Under the pieces are notes generated by a model that searched no databases, was not told the DNA's origin, and saw only the letters and a program-made list of their open reading frames with translations. A stretch of 64,000 bases of DNA. Origin: Dehalococcoidia bacterium (lineage in GTDB: Bacteria > Chloroflexota > Dehalococcoidia > Lucifugimonadales > UBA3495). Shown here one piece after another: positions 8,842 to 17,841 of the stretch. The stretch is from positions 78,207-142,206 of the forward strand of contig DAOULB010000054.1 in the NCBI GenBank assembly GCA_034420695.1, read 5' to 3'. Each line of letters begins with the position of its first letter. Positions within the stretch are counted from its first letter, which is position 1. The position numbers were made by a program, and so were the translations under genes.

Positions 8842-11124
8842 TTACCCTGAGCTTTCCAGGTTCTTCATGTGGTTCATCGCCGAGCCGGCCCGGAACCAGG
8901 CTATCTGGCCTTCGTTCAGGGTGTGGCGCAGGTTCAGTGTTTCCTCGGTGCCGTCTGCGTGCTTCAACACGCACTGCACCGGCCTCCCCGGCGCCAAGCC
9001 CTGCAGGCCGGTCAAGCTCACCCGGTCGTCGGCTTGCACCCGGTCGTAGTCGGCAGGGTCCTCGAAGGTCAGGGGCAAAAGTCCCTGTTTCTTCAGGTTG
9101 GACTCGTGGATGCGCGCAAAGCTGCGGGTGATTATCGCCGCGGCTCCCAGCATGCGGGGCGACATCGCGGCGTGCTCCCGGCTGCTGCCCTCACCGTAGT
9201 TATGGTCTCCCACGGCAACCCAGCGGATGCCCTGGGCCAAGTACTCCCTCGCGATCTGCGGTATCGGCAGGACCTCTTCCCCGGACAACTGGTTCTTGCC
9301 GGTGCCCGGGTCGTCGGTAAACGCGTTCACTGCCCCCAGGAACATGTTGTCGCTGAGGTTGTTCAGGTGTCCCCGGAAGCGCAGCCACGGGCCCGCCGGT
9401 GAGATATGGTCCGTGGTGCACTTGCCTTGGGCCTTGACCAGCACCGGGATATCCACGAAGTCGGCGCCGTCCCAAGCCGGCCAAGGGTCCAGGATCTGTA
9501 GCCGGTTGCTCCCGGGGTCCACGGCGACGGATATGTCTTCCCCGGATTCCGGCGGGTCAACGTAGCCCGACTGTCCTGGGTCGAAACCGTTGAGCGGCAC
9601 TTCCGGGGCTGGCTGGGGTGGTTCCAGCTTGAACTCCTGGCCGTCGGCCCCGGTCAGCGTGTCGGTCAGGGGGTTGAAATTGAGGCTTCCACCCAACCCC
9701 AAGGCGACCGCCAGTTCCGGGCTGGTGATGAAGTTCATAGTCTCGGGGTTGGCGTCGTTCCGGGCCGGGAAGTTCCGGTTGTAGGACGACACGATGGAGT
9801 TCTGCTCGCCCCTGCTTATCTGGGTGCGGTTCCACTGGCCGATGCAGGGGCCGCAGGCGTTGGCCAGCACAGTCCCGCCCACTTCCTCCATGGCCTCCTG
9901 CAGGCCGTCCCTCTCGATGGTGGCCCGTATCTGCTCGGAACCGGGCGTGACCATCAAACCGCTGGCCACCTTCAGGCCCCGAGCGCTAGCCTGCCGGGCC
10001 ACGTCGGCCACCCGGCTCATGTCCTCGTAAGAGGAGTTGGTGCAGCTTCCCACCAAGGCCATGGATATCTTTTCCGGAAAGCCGCTCTCCGCTGCCTCCT
10101 TGGCCAGGGCGGAAATTGGCCTGGCCCGGTCCGGCGAGTGAGGGCCGGTGACCTGGGGCTCCAGCTTGTCCAAGTCGATTTCTACTATCTGGTCGAAGAA
10201 CTGGCCCGGTTCCCGCTCAACTTCGGGGTCGGCGGTCAACAGGTGCTTGAATCGCTCTGCCACCTCTACCAACCCGGCCCGGCGGGTGGCGTTCAGGTAG
10301 GAGGCCATGCGTCGGTCGTAGGGATAAATGTCGCCGGTGGCGCCCAGTTCGGCCCCCATGTTGGTGGTGGTGGCCTTGCCGGTGCAGCTTATCGACTCGC
10401 AGCCTGGGCCGAAGTATTCGATGATGGCGTTGGTGCCGCCCGACACCGTGAGGACGCCCGCCAAGTAGATGATGATGTCCTTGGGAGCGGTCCAGCCGTG
10501 TAGCTCCCCGGTCAGGTGCACCCCGATGAGCCTGGGATAGCGCACTTCCCAAGGCAGCCCCGCCATCACGTCGGCGGCGTCGGCCCCGCCGACCCCGATG
10601 GCCAGCATGCCCAAGCCCCCGGCGTTGGGAGTGTGTGAATCGGTGCCGATGAGCAGCCCGCCCGGGAAAGCGTAATTCTCCAGCACCACTTGGTGGACGA
10701 TGCCGCTCCCCGGCTTCCAGAAACCCATTCCGTACTTGCGGGCCGAGCTCTCCAGGAACTGGTACACCTCGTCGTTCTCGTTCAGCGCGTCCTGCAGGTC
10801 TGAGGAGGCGCCCACCCGGGCCTGAATCAGGTGGTCGCAGTGTATCGTGGTTGGCACTGCCACGCTGGACCGCCCGGACTGGGCGAACTGCAGGATTGCC
10901 ATTTGCCCGGTCACGTCCTGGTGGGCCACCCGGTCTGGGTTGACGTTGATGTAGCTTTCTTCCGGGGTGAGGTCGGAGTTCGCCGGGTCGTCTAGGTGGC
11001 CCAGCAGCACCTTTTCAGCCAGAGTCAACGGGCGGTTCAGCCGCGATCTGACGACCTCCAGGTTCCGCTCCATCTTCTGGTAGGCGGTGGTGACAAATTC
11101 GGGGGTGGAGTCAATACCGTTCAT
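8842..11124 (-). CDS. acnA: aconitate hydratase (760 aa, mitochondrial-type monomeric aconitase)
   Basis: Full-length aconitase pattern: IHCDHLI, GTDSHTPNAGGLG, SCTNSS, NACGPCIGQW, and a swivel domain with HISPAG..GEGSSREHAA. Confidence 0.95.
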   Translation of the reverse strand: MNGIDSTPEFVTTAYQKMERNLEVVRSRLNRPLTLAEKVLLGHLDDPANSDLTPEESYINVNPDRVAHQDVTGQMAILQFAQSGRSSVAVPTTIHCDHLIQARVGASSDLQDALNENDEVYQFLESSARKYGMGFWKPGSGIVHQVVLENYAFPGGLLIGTDSHTPNAGGLGMLAIGVGGADAADVMAGLPWEVRYPRLIGVHLTGELHGWTAPKDIIIYLAGVLTVSGGTNAIIEYFGPGCESISCTGKATTTNMGAELGATGDIYPYDRRMASYLNATRRAGLVEVAERFKHLLTADPEVEREPGQFFDQIVEIDLDKLEPQVTGPHSPDRARPISALAKEAAESGFPEKISMALVGSCTNSSYEDMSRVADVARQASARGLKVASGLMVTPGSEQIRATIERDGLQEAMEEVGGTVLANACGPCIGQWNRTQISRGEQNSIVSSYNRNFPARNDANPETMNFITSPELAVALGLGGSLNFNPLTDTLTGADGQEFKLEPPQPAPEVPLNGFDPGQSGYVDPPESGEDISVAVDPGSNRLQILDPWPAWDGADFVDIPVLVKAQGKCTTDHISPAGPWLRFRGHLNNLSDNMFLGAVNAFTDDPGTGKNQLSGEEVLPIPQIAREYLAQGIRWVAVGDHNYGEGSSREHAAMSPRMLGAAAIITRSFARIHESNLKKQGLLPLTFEDPADYDRVQADDRVSLTGLQGLAPGRPVQCVLKHADGTEETLNLRHTLNEGQIAWFRAGSAMNHMKNLESSG

Positions 11125-11172
11125 CTTTCATCTCCGGGCGGTGGTCATGTCCGGGCTGTCATAATGTTGGTT

Positions 11173-11220
11173 CTGCAACGATAGAAAACCTTTAAAGGAA
11201 GCCCTTTAAAGGTTTTGCAG
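11173..11220 (-). terminator. strong hairpin / twin palindrome downstream of ferredoxin and upstream of aconitase
   Basis: AAAACCTTTAAAGG aagc CCTTTAAAGGTTTT forms a perfect 14-bp stem, extended by CTGCA/TGCAG. Each arm contains the self-palindrome CCTTTAAAGG. Confidence 0.5.
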
Positions 11221-11260
11221 ACCCTCGTACGGGAGCGTATTTAGAAGTGGGAACTACTGG

Positions 11261-11530
11261 CTATTTTCGCTTCAGGTCCGAAGGGTCGTTGTTCTTGAAG
11301 TAGTCGTAGTTTATCGTAACGTAGTTGGCCCACTGGGCAGGGGTGGCGTCTTCCGCGAAAATTGCCGTCACTGGACACACCGGTTCGCAGGCCGCGCAGT
11401 CAATACACTCGTCGGGATTGATGAAGAACATGTCGTCCTCGTCCCGGGTGTAAATGCAGTCCACCGGGCACACGTCAACGCATGCTGAATCTTTCACGCC
11501 GACACAGGGCTCGGTAATAATGTAGGTCAT
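11261..11530 (-). CDS. fdxA: ferredoxin (7Fe-type, [3Fe-4S][4Fe-4S])
   Basis: MTYIITEPCVGVKDSACVDVCPVDCIY ... CIDCAACEPVCPVTAI cysteine clusters. Confidence 0.9.
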   Translation of the reverse strand: MTYIITEPCVGVKDSACVDVCPVDCIYTRDEDDMFFINPDECIDCAACEPVCPVTAIFAEDATPAQWANYVTINYDYFKNNDPSDLKRK

Positions 11531-11661
11531 CCTTCTAGGGCTCCTTTAGTTGATGCTTGGCTGCCGGATCGGGACCGGATTTCCCTCCCTGGCCGGGCCA
11601 GCAGAATTATAGCATAGCGGTTACCGTTTGCAATAACGCCCCACGCCTGTAGCCTGGGTGG

Positions 11662-12102
11662 CTAGAGCACCAGCCCGTAGGTGCGCTTCTTGATGGCCAG
11701 GTTGACGAAGGTCTCGGTCCGCTGGACCCCGTCGATGACGCCGATCTTTGTGCGGAGGAAAGTTCCCAGGCTCTCGGCAGACTCCAGCCCGGCCCAGATG
11801 AAAACGTCGTACGCCCCGGTGGTGATGGCCACGTAGTGGGCTTCGTTCAGTGCGGCGATGGACTCTGCAACCGAGTCTGACTTGCCGGGGCCGGTCTGTA
11901 GCCCGATGAGCGCGGTAGTGGCGTAGCCAAGCTTTTCCAAGTTGGGGACCGCGATTACCTTGACCACGTCATCCTGGATGAGCCGGCGGAGACGGCGCCG
12001 GACGGTGCCCTCGCTTACGCCAACCTCCCGCGCTATCTTGGCGTTGGAGGCGCGCCCATCCATCTGCAAAAGGGCGATAATCTTGCGGTCCAGTTCGTCC
12101 AT
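11662..12102 (-). CDS. Lrp/AsnC family transcriptional regulator
   Basis: MDELDRKIIALLQMDGRASNAKIAREVGVSEGTVRRRLRRL HTH domain plus a C-terminal RAM/AsnC domain. Confidence 0.9.
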   Translation of the reverse strand: MDELDRKIIALLQMDGRASNAKIAREVGVSEGTVRRRLRRLIQDDVVKVIAVPNLEKLGYATTALIGLQTGPGKSDSVAESIAALNEAHYVAITTGAYDVFIWAGLESAESLGTFLRTKIGVIDGVQRTETFVNLAIKKRTYGLVL

Positions 12103-12144
12103 TTAACCACTCCCGTAAATTTTCAGTGAATCATGGCAAAAATT

Positions 12145-12173
12145 ATCTTAGAATAGGGCTATATAGCTGTCAA
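12145..12173 (-). promoter_or_regulatory. sigma-70-like promoter TTGACA-N17-TAAGAT for the Lrp/AsnC gene
   Basis: Minus strand reads TTGACA gctatatagccctattc TAAGAT, about 45 nt upstream of the start codon. Confidence 0.4.
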
Positions 12174-12458
12174 TACCGCAATTCCGAGGACGAATTGCGT
12201 CTAACACAACAAAAATGCCGCCACTATGTGAAATGCGTCAGCGGCAAATAGTATCCGACCTAGCCGCGGAAAGCCACATCATTCTGGCAGGTTGTAAAGA
12301 TTTCCATAGACTTTCGGAGCCTTGCTGGCGGTTAAAGACACTGGGCACTCCGAAGGGTAGGCTGAGCCCGGTATCCGGGTTGGGGGGGCGGCGCATGCGT
12401 CAATTTGCCGGGAGTATTGAAGCGTATAGGGCCATTTGTTACCATTGAATATCAACGT

Positions 12459-12550
12459 GGAGGGATCGCATAGTGGCCGAGTGCGGGCGCCTGCTAAGCG
12501 CTTAACCCGCGAAAGCGGGTTCATGGGTTCAAATCCCATTCCCTCCGCCA
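12459..12550 (+). tRNA. tRNA-Ser (anticodon GCU), CCA encoded
   Basis: Hand-folded cloverleaf: acceptor GGAGGGA/TCCCTCC, anticodon loop CT-GCT-AA, long variable arm (cccgcgaaagcggg), T-arm ATGGG TTCAAAT CCCAT, discriminator G plus CCA. Confidence 0.9.
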
Positions 12551-12725
12551 TGCAGAAAATTACCGCCGGGCCCCGTCGCATCAGCCAGTCCTTTTCCCGG
12601 GTTCCCTGAGCCTGTCCCAGGTGGTTACCCTTAAAACACCACCAATTTTGTATTTTTTTGATAGCGCTCGGTCACATCGCCGGGGGCCCGGCCAGCGAAT
12701 TAAGATTTCACTTCGGCAGTTGCAG

Positions 12726-14072
12726 ATGACCTTAGCTCAGAAATTCCCGGCAACCGGCGAAGCTGCAGGTGTCCCCCGCAGCTATTACCTGTGGACCATC
12801 GGCTGCCAGATGAACCAAGCCGACTCGGAAAGGCTGGAGTCGGCCTTGGGTCAATTGGGCATTGATCCCGTCGACCGGCCCCAGGACGCCGACGTCTTGG
12901 TGTTCAACTCCTGCGTCGTCCGCCAGCAGGCGGAAGACAAGGTAGTGGGCAATCTTACCGCCACCGCTCCCATCAAGAAGCGGCGCCCCGGCCAAGTAGT
13001 CGCCCTGATGGGGTGCATGGTGGGGCCCAACACCCAGGAGCTGCGCCGCCGCTTTCCTCACGTCGATGTGTTCATGCGGCCCCAGCAGTACACTCCCCTG
13101 CTGGACCTGCTGGGCGAGCGCTTGAATGTGGACTGGGAGGGCTGCGTTGGCGAGTTGACCCCCAACCGCCCCGGTGTCACCTGCCACGTGCCCATCATCC
13201 ACGGCTGCGACCTGATGTGCACCTTCTGCATCATCCCATACCGCAGGGGGCGGCAGGTCAGCCGGCCACCGGAGGAAGTGGCCAGGGAAGTGGAAATGCT
13301 GGTTTCCCGGGGGGTGAAAGAGGTCACCCTGCTGGGCCAGACCGTGGATGCCTACGGGCTTGACCTGCCCGGCAAGCCCGACCTGGCCGATTTGATGACC
13401 CGCCTGGAGGATGTTGCCGGCTTGGAGCGGGTGCGGTTTCTCACCTCCCACCCCTCCTTCATGAGCGAGGGCATCATCCGGGCCGTGGCGGAACTGCCCA
13501 AGGTCTGCGAACACGTAAACCTGCCGGTCCAAGCCGGCGACGACCGGGTGCTGGAACGCATGCGCCGCCCCTACACCCAGCAGGAATACCGGGAACTGGT
13601 CGGCCGCATCCAGGAAACGGTGCCCGGCGCATCCATGAGCACCGACATCATAGTCGGTTTCCCCGGTGAGACCCGGGAAGAATTCCATAGGTCCTTGCAA
13701 CTGGTGTCCGACCTGCGGTTCGATAAGGTGCACTGCGCCGCCTATTCCAGCCGGCCCGGCACCACGGCGCATCGGACTATGGCGGATGACATTCACCGGG
13801 AGGAGAAGGTGTGGCGCCGAGGGCAGATTGACGCGCTCCAGGAAGAAATACTCCGGGAAACCAACTCGGCGCTGGTGGGTTCCAATGTGGAGGTGCTGGT
13901 AGAGAGCAGCCAGAAGGGGAAGTGGCAGGGAAGGACTCGCAGCAATAAACTGGTCTTTTTCGAGGACGATACCGACCAACTGGGACGATTGGTTGACATA
14001 AAAATAACCCAGGCATCCCCGTGGTCCTTGCAGGGAGCAGTCTCTGCCGGGGCTGCCCCGGCAGGTAGGTAA
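12726..14072 (+). CDS. miaB: tRNA-i6A37 methylthiotransferase MiaB
   Basis: YYLWTIGCQMNQADSE N-terminal UPF0004 domain, radical-SAM CDLMCTFC motif, and TRAM C-terminus. I prefer the ATG at 12726 over the track start 12621. Confidence 0.95.
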   Translation: MTLAQKFPATGEAAGVPRSYYLWTIGCQMNQADSERLESALGQLGIDPVDRPQDADVLVFNSCVVRQQAEDKVVGNLTATAPIKKRRPGQVVALMGCMVGPNTQELRRRFPHVDVFMRPQQYTPLLDLLGERLNVDWEGCVGELTPNRPGVTCHVPIIHGCDLMCTFCIIPYRRGRQVSRPPEEVAREVEMLVSRGVKEVTLLGQTVDAYGLDLPGKPDLADLMTRLEDVAGLERVRFLTSHPSFMSEGIIRAVAELPKVCEHVNLPVQAGDDRVLERMRRPYTQQEYRELVGRIQETVPGASMSTDIIVGFPGETREEFHRSLQLVSDLRFDKVHCAAYSSRPGTTAHRTMADDIHREEKVWRRGQIDALQEEILRETNSALVGSNVEVLVESSQKGKWQGRTRSNKLVFFEDDTDQLGRLVDIKITQASPWSLQGAVSAGAAPAGR

Positions 14073-14139
14073 CCCAGGTAGGTAACCCAGGTAGGTAACC
14101 CAGGTAGGCAACCCAGGTAGGCAACTCAGGTTAGTAACC
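14062..14139. repeat. 13-nt tandem repeat CAGGTAGGTAACC x6 (3 perfect, 3 degenerate copies)
   Basis: Copies at 14062, 14075, 14088 (perfect) and 14101, 14114, 14127 (1-2 changes). The first copy supplies the miaB stop codon TAA (14070..14072). Confidence 0.95.
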
Positions 14140-14176
14140 GCGGATGTCTGGGGCCTCTTCCCAGGAAGGTGAAGCG

Positions 14177-15385
14177 ATGGCTACTAGAGCACGTTCAGCC
14201 ACCATTCCCATAACGGAAATTGAGCATTCCGCGTTCTGTAAGACCGAGGACGAACTGCCCTCCAAGTCTTTGGCGGAAGAATTGTCCATCAACGTCAGGT
14301 GGCAAAGCATCCCCAATGATTACCTGCACCTGAGCGCAGAGGAACTGGATAGCAGGATTAACCAAGTCAGAGGCCGCTTGGGAGAGTCCGTCACTATCCT
14401 GGGCCACCACTACCAGCGGGAAGAGGTCATAAAGTACGCCGATTTTCAGGGCGACTCCTTCCTGCTCTCCCAGGAGGCGGCTTCCCGCCCCCAAGCCAAC
14501 TACATCGTTTTTTGCGGCGTGCACTTCATGGCGGAAACCGCTTGTATCCTGTGCGCTCCCCATCAGCAAGTGGTGCTGCCCAACATCACCGCCGGGTGCT
14601 CCATGGCCGATATGGCCCCCATGGATGACGTCGAGGACGCTTGGGACGACCTGCAGGAGGTCTTGGCAGGCCACGGTGGCATCCTGCCGGTAACCTACAT
14701 GAACTCCGTTGCCGGCATTAAGGCCCTTTGCGGCCGCAATGGCGGCGCCGTCTGCACCTCCTCCAACGCCACGGCGGTGCTGGAATGGGGATTCCAGCAG
14801 GCCGATCGAATTCTGTTCCTGCCGGACCAGCACTTGGGGAGGAACACCGGCATCAAGCTGGGAATCTCCCCTGAAGAGATGGTGGTCTGGAACCCCTTCA
14901 AGGCTCTGGGGGGAAACACGCCCCAGCAGTTGCGGGACGCCAAAATGGTGCTTTGGCAGGGCCATTGCTCGGTGCACACCCGCTTCACCGTCAAGCAGAT
15001 ACAGGCCGCACGGGAGCGGTTCCCCGACGTAACCGTCCTGGTGCATCCGGAATGCCCCATGGACACCGTGGCGGCGGCCGACCTGAACGGCTCCACCGAA
15101 GTCATACGGAAGACCATCAACGAGGCTCCGCTGGGCACCAAGTGGGCCGTGGGGACCGAAATCAGCCTGGTAAACCGGCTGGCCCTCAACAATCCGGACA
15201 AGACCGTCTTTTGCCTGGACCCGGTAATCTGTCCCTGCTCCACCATGTACCGCATTCACCCGGCCTACCTCCTGTGGGTGCTTGAAGGCTTGGAACGGGG
15301 AGAGGTCATAAACCGCATTACCGTGTCCGAGGAAGTCCGCCGGGACTCCCAGGTCGCCTTGGACCGGATGCTGGCCCTGCGGTAG
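14177..15385 (+). CDS. nadA: quinolinate synthase NadA (Bacillus-like long type)
   Basis: ILGHHYQ, FCGVHFMAETA, AGCSMADM, LPDQHLGRNT, VHPEC and CPCSTM motifs. The ATG at 14177 has a GAAGGTG SD. The track start 14144 has none. Confidence 0.95.
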   Translation: MATRARSATIPITEIEHSAFCKTEDELPSKSLAEELSINVRWQSIPNDYLHLSAEELDSRINQVRGRLGESVTILGHHYQREEVIKYADFQGDSFLLSQEAASRPQANYIVFCGVHFMAETACILCAPHQQVVLPNITAGCSMADMAPMDDVEDAWDDLQEVLAGHGGILPVTYMNSVAGIKALCGRNGGAVCTSSNATAVLEWGFQQADRILFLPDQHLGRNTGIKLGISPEEMVVWNPFKALGGNTPQQLRDAKMVLWQGHCSVHTRFTVKQIQAARERFPDVTVLVHPECPMDTVAAADLNGSTEVIRKTINEAPLGTKWAVGTEISLVNRLALNNPDKTVFCLDPVICPCSTMYRIHPAYLLWVLEGLERGEVINRITVSEEVRRDSQVALDRMLALR

Positions 15386-15408
15386 CAACACCTCACTGAA
15401 AGAGACAC

Positions 15409-15645
15409 ATGCGCATTTCGGAACGCGGCCAGATCACTATCCCCAAGAAGCTTAGGGACCGCTTCGGCCTCACTCAAGGCGCCGAATTGGAGATTGCGCC
15501 GGTCGAAGACGGGCTTCTCATCAGAAAGCGAAAGGAGCAACCGGAGCACCCCTTTCAAGGCGTGGTCGGCATCATTCCCCCAGGCGGCATCGTCGACGAG
15601 TTGGGCGGCGTTGACGCTTACATTCGAGAGATGAGGGGAGGGTGA
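15409..15645 (+). CDS. vapB: AbrB/MazE/SpoVT-type antitoxin (VapB-like)
   Basis: MRISERGQITIPKKLRDRFGL swapped-hairpin DNA-binding motif. The stop overlaps the downstream PIN gene start (GTGA). Confidence 0.8.
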   Translation: MRISERGQITIPKKLRDRFGLTQGAELEIAPVEDGLLIRKRKEQPEHPFQGVVGIIPPGGIVDELGGVDAYIREMRGG

Positions 15646-16049
15646 CAAGCGCAGTAGATACCAACGTCTTGTTGGACCTGTTCCTGGCCATTGAGCAATT
15701 CGAACACCAGTCAATGAAATGGCTTCAAGAAGCTGAAGAGCAAGGGCCAATTGTCATCTGTCACGTGGTCTATGCGGAACTCATTCCGGCCTTTGGCGAC
15801 CGGGACGCTCTGGAAAAGGCGCTGCAAAGGCTCAACGTGGTCATTTCCCCGATTGATACAGCGATTGCTTGTGAAGCCGGTTTGCCGTGGCGGCAATACC
15901 GGTGGGCTGTGGGTCCCAGGAATCGGATTCTGGCCGATCTCCTGATAGGCGCCCACGCACGTTCTACTGCTGATGCCTTTCTCACCCGGGACCGGGGTTT
16001 CTATTCCACCTATTTCCCGGAGTTGCAGATTCCACGAAGCTTCTCTTGA
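15642..16049 (+). CDS. vapC: PIN-domain ribonuclease toxin (VapC-like)
   Basis: N-terminal VDTNVLLD acidic motif, ~135 aa, 4-nt overlap with the antitoxin gene. Confidence 0.85.
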   Translation: MTSAVDTNVLLDLFLAIEQFEHQSMKWLQEAEEQGPIVICHVVYAELIPAFGDRDALEKALQRLNVVISPIDTAIACEAGLPWRQYRWAVGPRNRILADLLIGAHARSTADAFLTRDRGFYSTYFPELQIPRSFS

Positions 16050-16140
16050 ATATTCTTCTGAAGGAACAAACCGGAAGAGCAGTAATTGGCTGCTTTTGGT
16101 CAGTCCACCGGCAAAGACTTTCCATCGGAGAAGATAAACA

Positions 16141-17007
16141 GTGTCACAATTGCCGCCGGAAGTGTACCGGCTCATCGACTCCGCCCTTTCCGAAGACCAA
16201 GCCTTCAACGACCCCACAACACAGGTCCTGATTCCTCCGGACGTGATGGGAATCGGAATGCTGCGGGCCAAGGCCCACGGCGTCTTGGCCGGCGCCGGCG
16301 TCGCCATGGAGGTCTTCCGCCGCATCGACCCGGAATTGGAAACCGGCGTGCTGTTGGACGACGGGTCGCCTCTCTCCCCCGGGACTGACATCGCCGCCGT
16401 CCGCGGCAGCGCCTCCAGTATCCTACGGGGTGAGCGGACCGCCCTTAACTTCCTGCAGCGAATGTGTGGCATCGCCAGCGACACCAACCTGTACGTCCAA
16501 GCCATCCAGGGAACCCGTTCCCGGATCGTGGACACCCGTAAGACCGCGCCGGGCCACCGTTACTTGGATAAGTACGCCGTTCGTATGGGGGGTGGCTACA
16601 ATCACCGTCTCAACTTGGCCGACGGCATCCTCATCAAGGACAACCACATCCAGGCCCTGCATTCCCAGGAAGTCGGGCTGAAGGACGTAATCCAGATGGC
16701 CTTAGCCCGCGCCTCCCACACCATCAAAGTCGAAGTGGAAGTGGAAAGCCTGGAAGAGGTGGAAGAAGCCATTGAGGCCGGCGCCCATATCATCATGCTG
16801 GACAACATGCCCGTGGACATGATGGCCCAAGCCATGGGAATTATCGGCGGCCGGGCCGTGGTGGAAGCCTCCGGCGGCATCAACCACGAAACGGTGCGGG
16901 CGGTGGCCGAAACCGGCGTTGACCTCATTTCCGTCGGGGGCCTTACCCACTCCACCAAGGCCCTGGACATCAGCTTGGACCTGGAATTCAGCAGGGAGGG
17001 CGGCTAA
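16141..17007 (+). CDS. nadC: nicotinate-nucleotide diphosphorylase (carboxylating) NadC
   Basis: ALSEDQAFNDPTT N-terminus, RTALNFLQRMCGIA, DTRKT.PG.R, IMLDNM and ASGGI motifs. Confidence 0.95.
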   Translation: MSQLPPEVYRLIDSALSEDQAFNDPTTQVLIPPDVMGIGMLRAKAHGVLAGAGVAMEVFRRIDPELETGVLLDDGSPLSPGTDIAAVRGSASSILRGERTALNFLQRMCGIASDTNLYVQAIQGTRSRIVDTRKTAPGHRYLDKYAVRMGGGYNHRLNLADGILIKDNHIQALHSQEVGLKDVIQMALARASHTIKVEVEVESLEEVEEAIEAGAHIIMLDNMPVDMMAQAMGIIGGRAVVEASGGINHETVRAVAETGVDLISVGGLTHSTKALDISLDLEFSREGG

Positions 17008-17534
17008 TGCCAGCTATTGACGGTACCCGCACCGCGCTGGAGCGCAACTGGGCGATGATTGACGCCGCCGTGGAAGACTTGGACAATGAGATCCTGGCCA
17101 GGATTCCTGCGGAGCAGTGCAATTCCATCGCCTGGCTGATCTGGCACTTGGACCGGGTGATGGATACCTTCATCCACACCGGTCTACGGGATCTGCCCCA
17201 AGTCTGGATTACCGGAGGATGGGCCGAAAAGTACGGCATGGCAGTAGACGCCAATGACCGTGGGGTCGGTTGGACTGCAGAACAGGTCGCCGCTTGGAAG
17301 CCTCCCACCCGGGAGGTGCTGCTGGGCTACTACGAGGCGGTTAAGGACGCTGCCAGACAGTACTTCGAGTCTGTAACCGTGGAAGACTTGGAGCGTCAGG
17401 TGGTCTGGCCCCCAACGGCCGGGCCCCGCACCACCGCGGCGGCCTTGGGCCAGATGACTTGGGACATAGTGTCCCACGGAGGGCAGATTGCCTACCTCCG
17501 CGGCTTGTACCGGGGCATGGGCTGGCACATCTAG
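17007..17534 (+). CDS. DinB-superfamily protein
   Basis: Four-helix DinB pattern with conserved His residues (IAWLIWHLDRV ... DIVSHGGQIAYLRG). TAATG overlap with the nadC stop. Confidence 0.75.
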   Translation: MPAIDGTRTALERNWAMIDAAVEDLDNEILARIPAEQCNSIAWLIWHLDRVMDTFIHTGLRDLPQVWITGGWAEKYGMAVDANDRGVGWTAEQVAAWKPPTREVLLGYYEAVKDAARQYFESVTVEDLERQVVWPPTAGPRTTAAALGQMTWDIVSHGGQIAYLRGLYRGMGWHI

Positions 17535-17590
17535 TCCCGGCGGTTTCTGGCCATACCGCGGGTTCCCGAAGAGAATGGGAGGAGAGGATA

Positions 17591-17800
17591 TTGGAAGATC
17601 GCGTGAGAAACCTTGAGAACTTCGCGCAACTCTCCGCGGACTTTGCGGTGATGATGGAGGAGAACCTCCGCCGCATGGAAGAGAACCAGCGCCGCATGGA
17701 AGAGGACCAGCGCCGCAGGGGTGAGCTCCTGGAGCGCTTGCTCCAAGCTGTAGCGGTAATACAAGCGGAGATAGTCCGTATAGACGAGACCCATTCCTAG
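17591..17800 (+). CDS. small hypothetical coiled-coil protein (69 aa, TTG start)
   Basis: GGAGGAGAGG SD precedes the TTG at 17591. Heptad-like charged repeat EENLRRMEENQRRMEEDQRRR. No family recognised. Confidence 0.3.
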   Translation: MEDRVRNLENFAQLSADFAVMMEENLRRMEENQRRMEEDQRRRGELLERLLQAVAVIQAEIVRIDETHS

Positions 17801-17841
17801 CTGGTTGCCTGGTTGGCCGCTGGTCTGGGTCGGCCTCTTCC

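Noticed and set aside
12551-12725. Integrated element or att scar next to tRNA-Ser (and likewise next to tRNA-Glu).
   Set aside because: There is no integrase and no repeat of the tRNA 3' end downstream. The flanking genes (miaB, argC, ybeY) are core genes.
12732-14111. Very long antisense ORFs opposite well-supported genes (for example 12732..14111, 14195..15391, 23840..24703, 34002..35204, 37171..38205, 46063..46944, 47983..48882, 58553..59629, 60802..62121).
   Set aside because: They mirror genes with clear family motifs and have Arg/Gly/Pro/His-rich low-complexity translations with no motifs. This is the usual shadow-ORF effect of high G+C.
14062-14139. CRISPR array, considered for the 13-nt and 99-nt repeat regions.
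   Set aside because: The repeats are head to tail with no unique spacers, the unit sizes are wrong, and there are no cas genes in the window.
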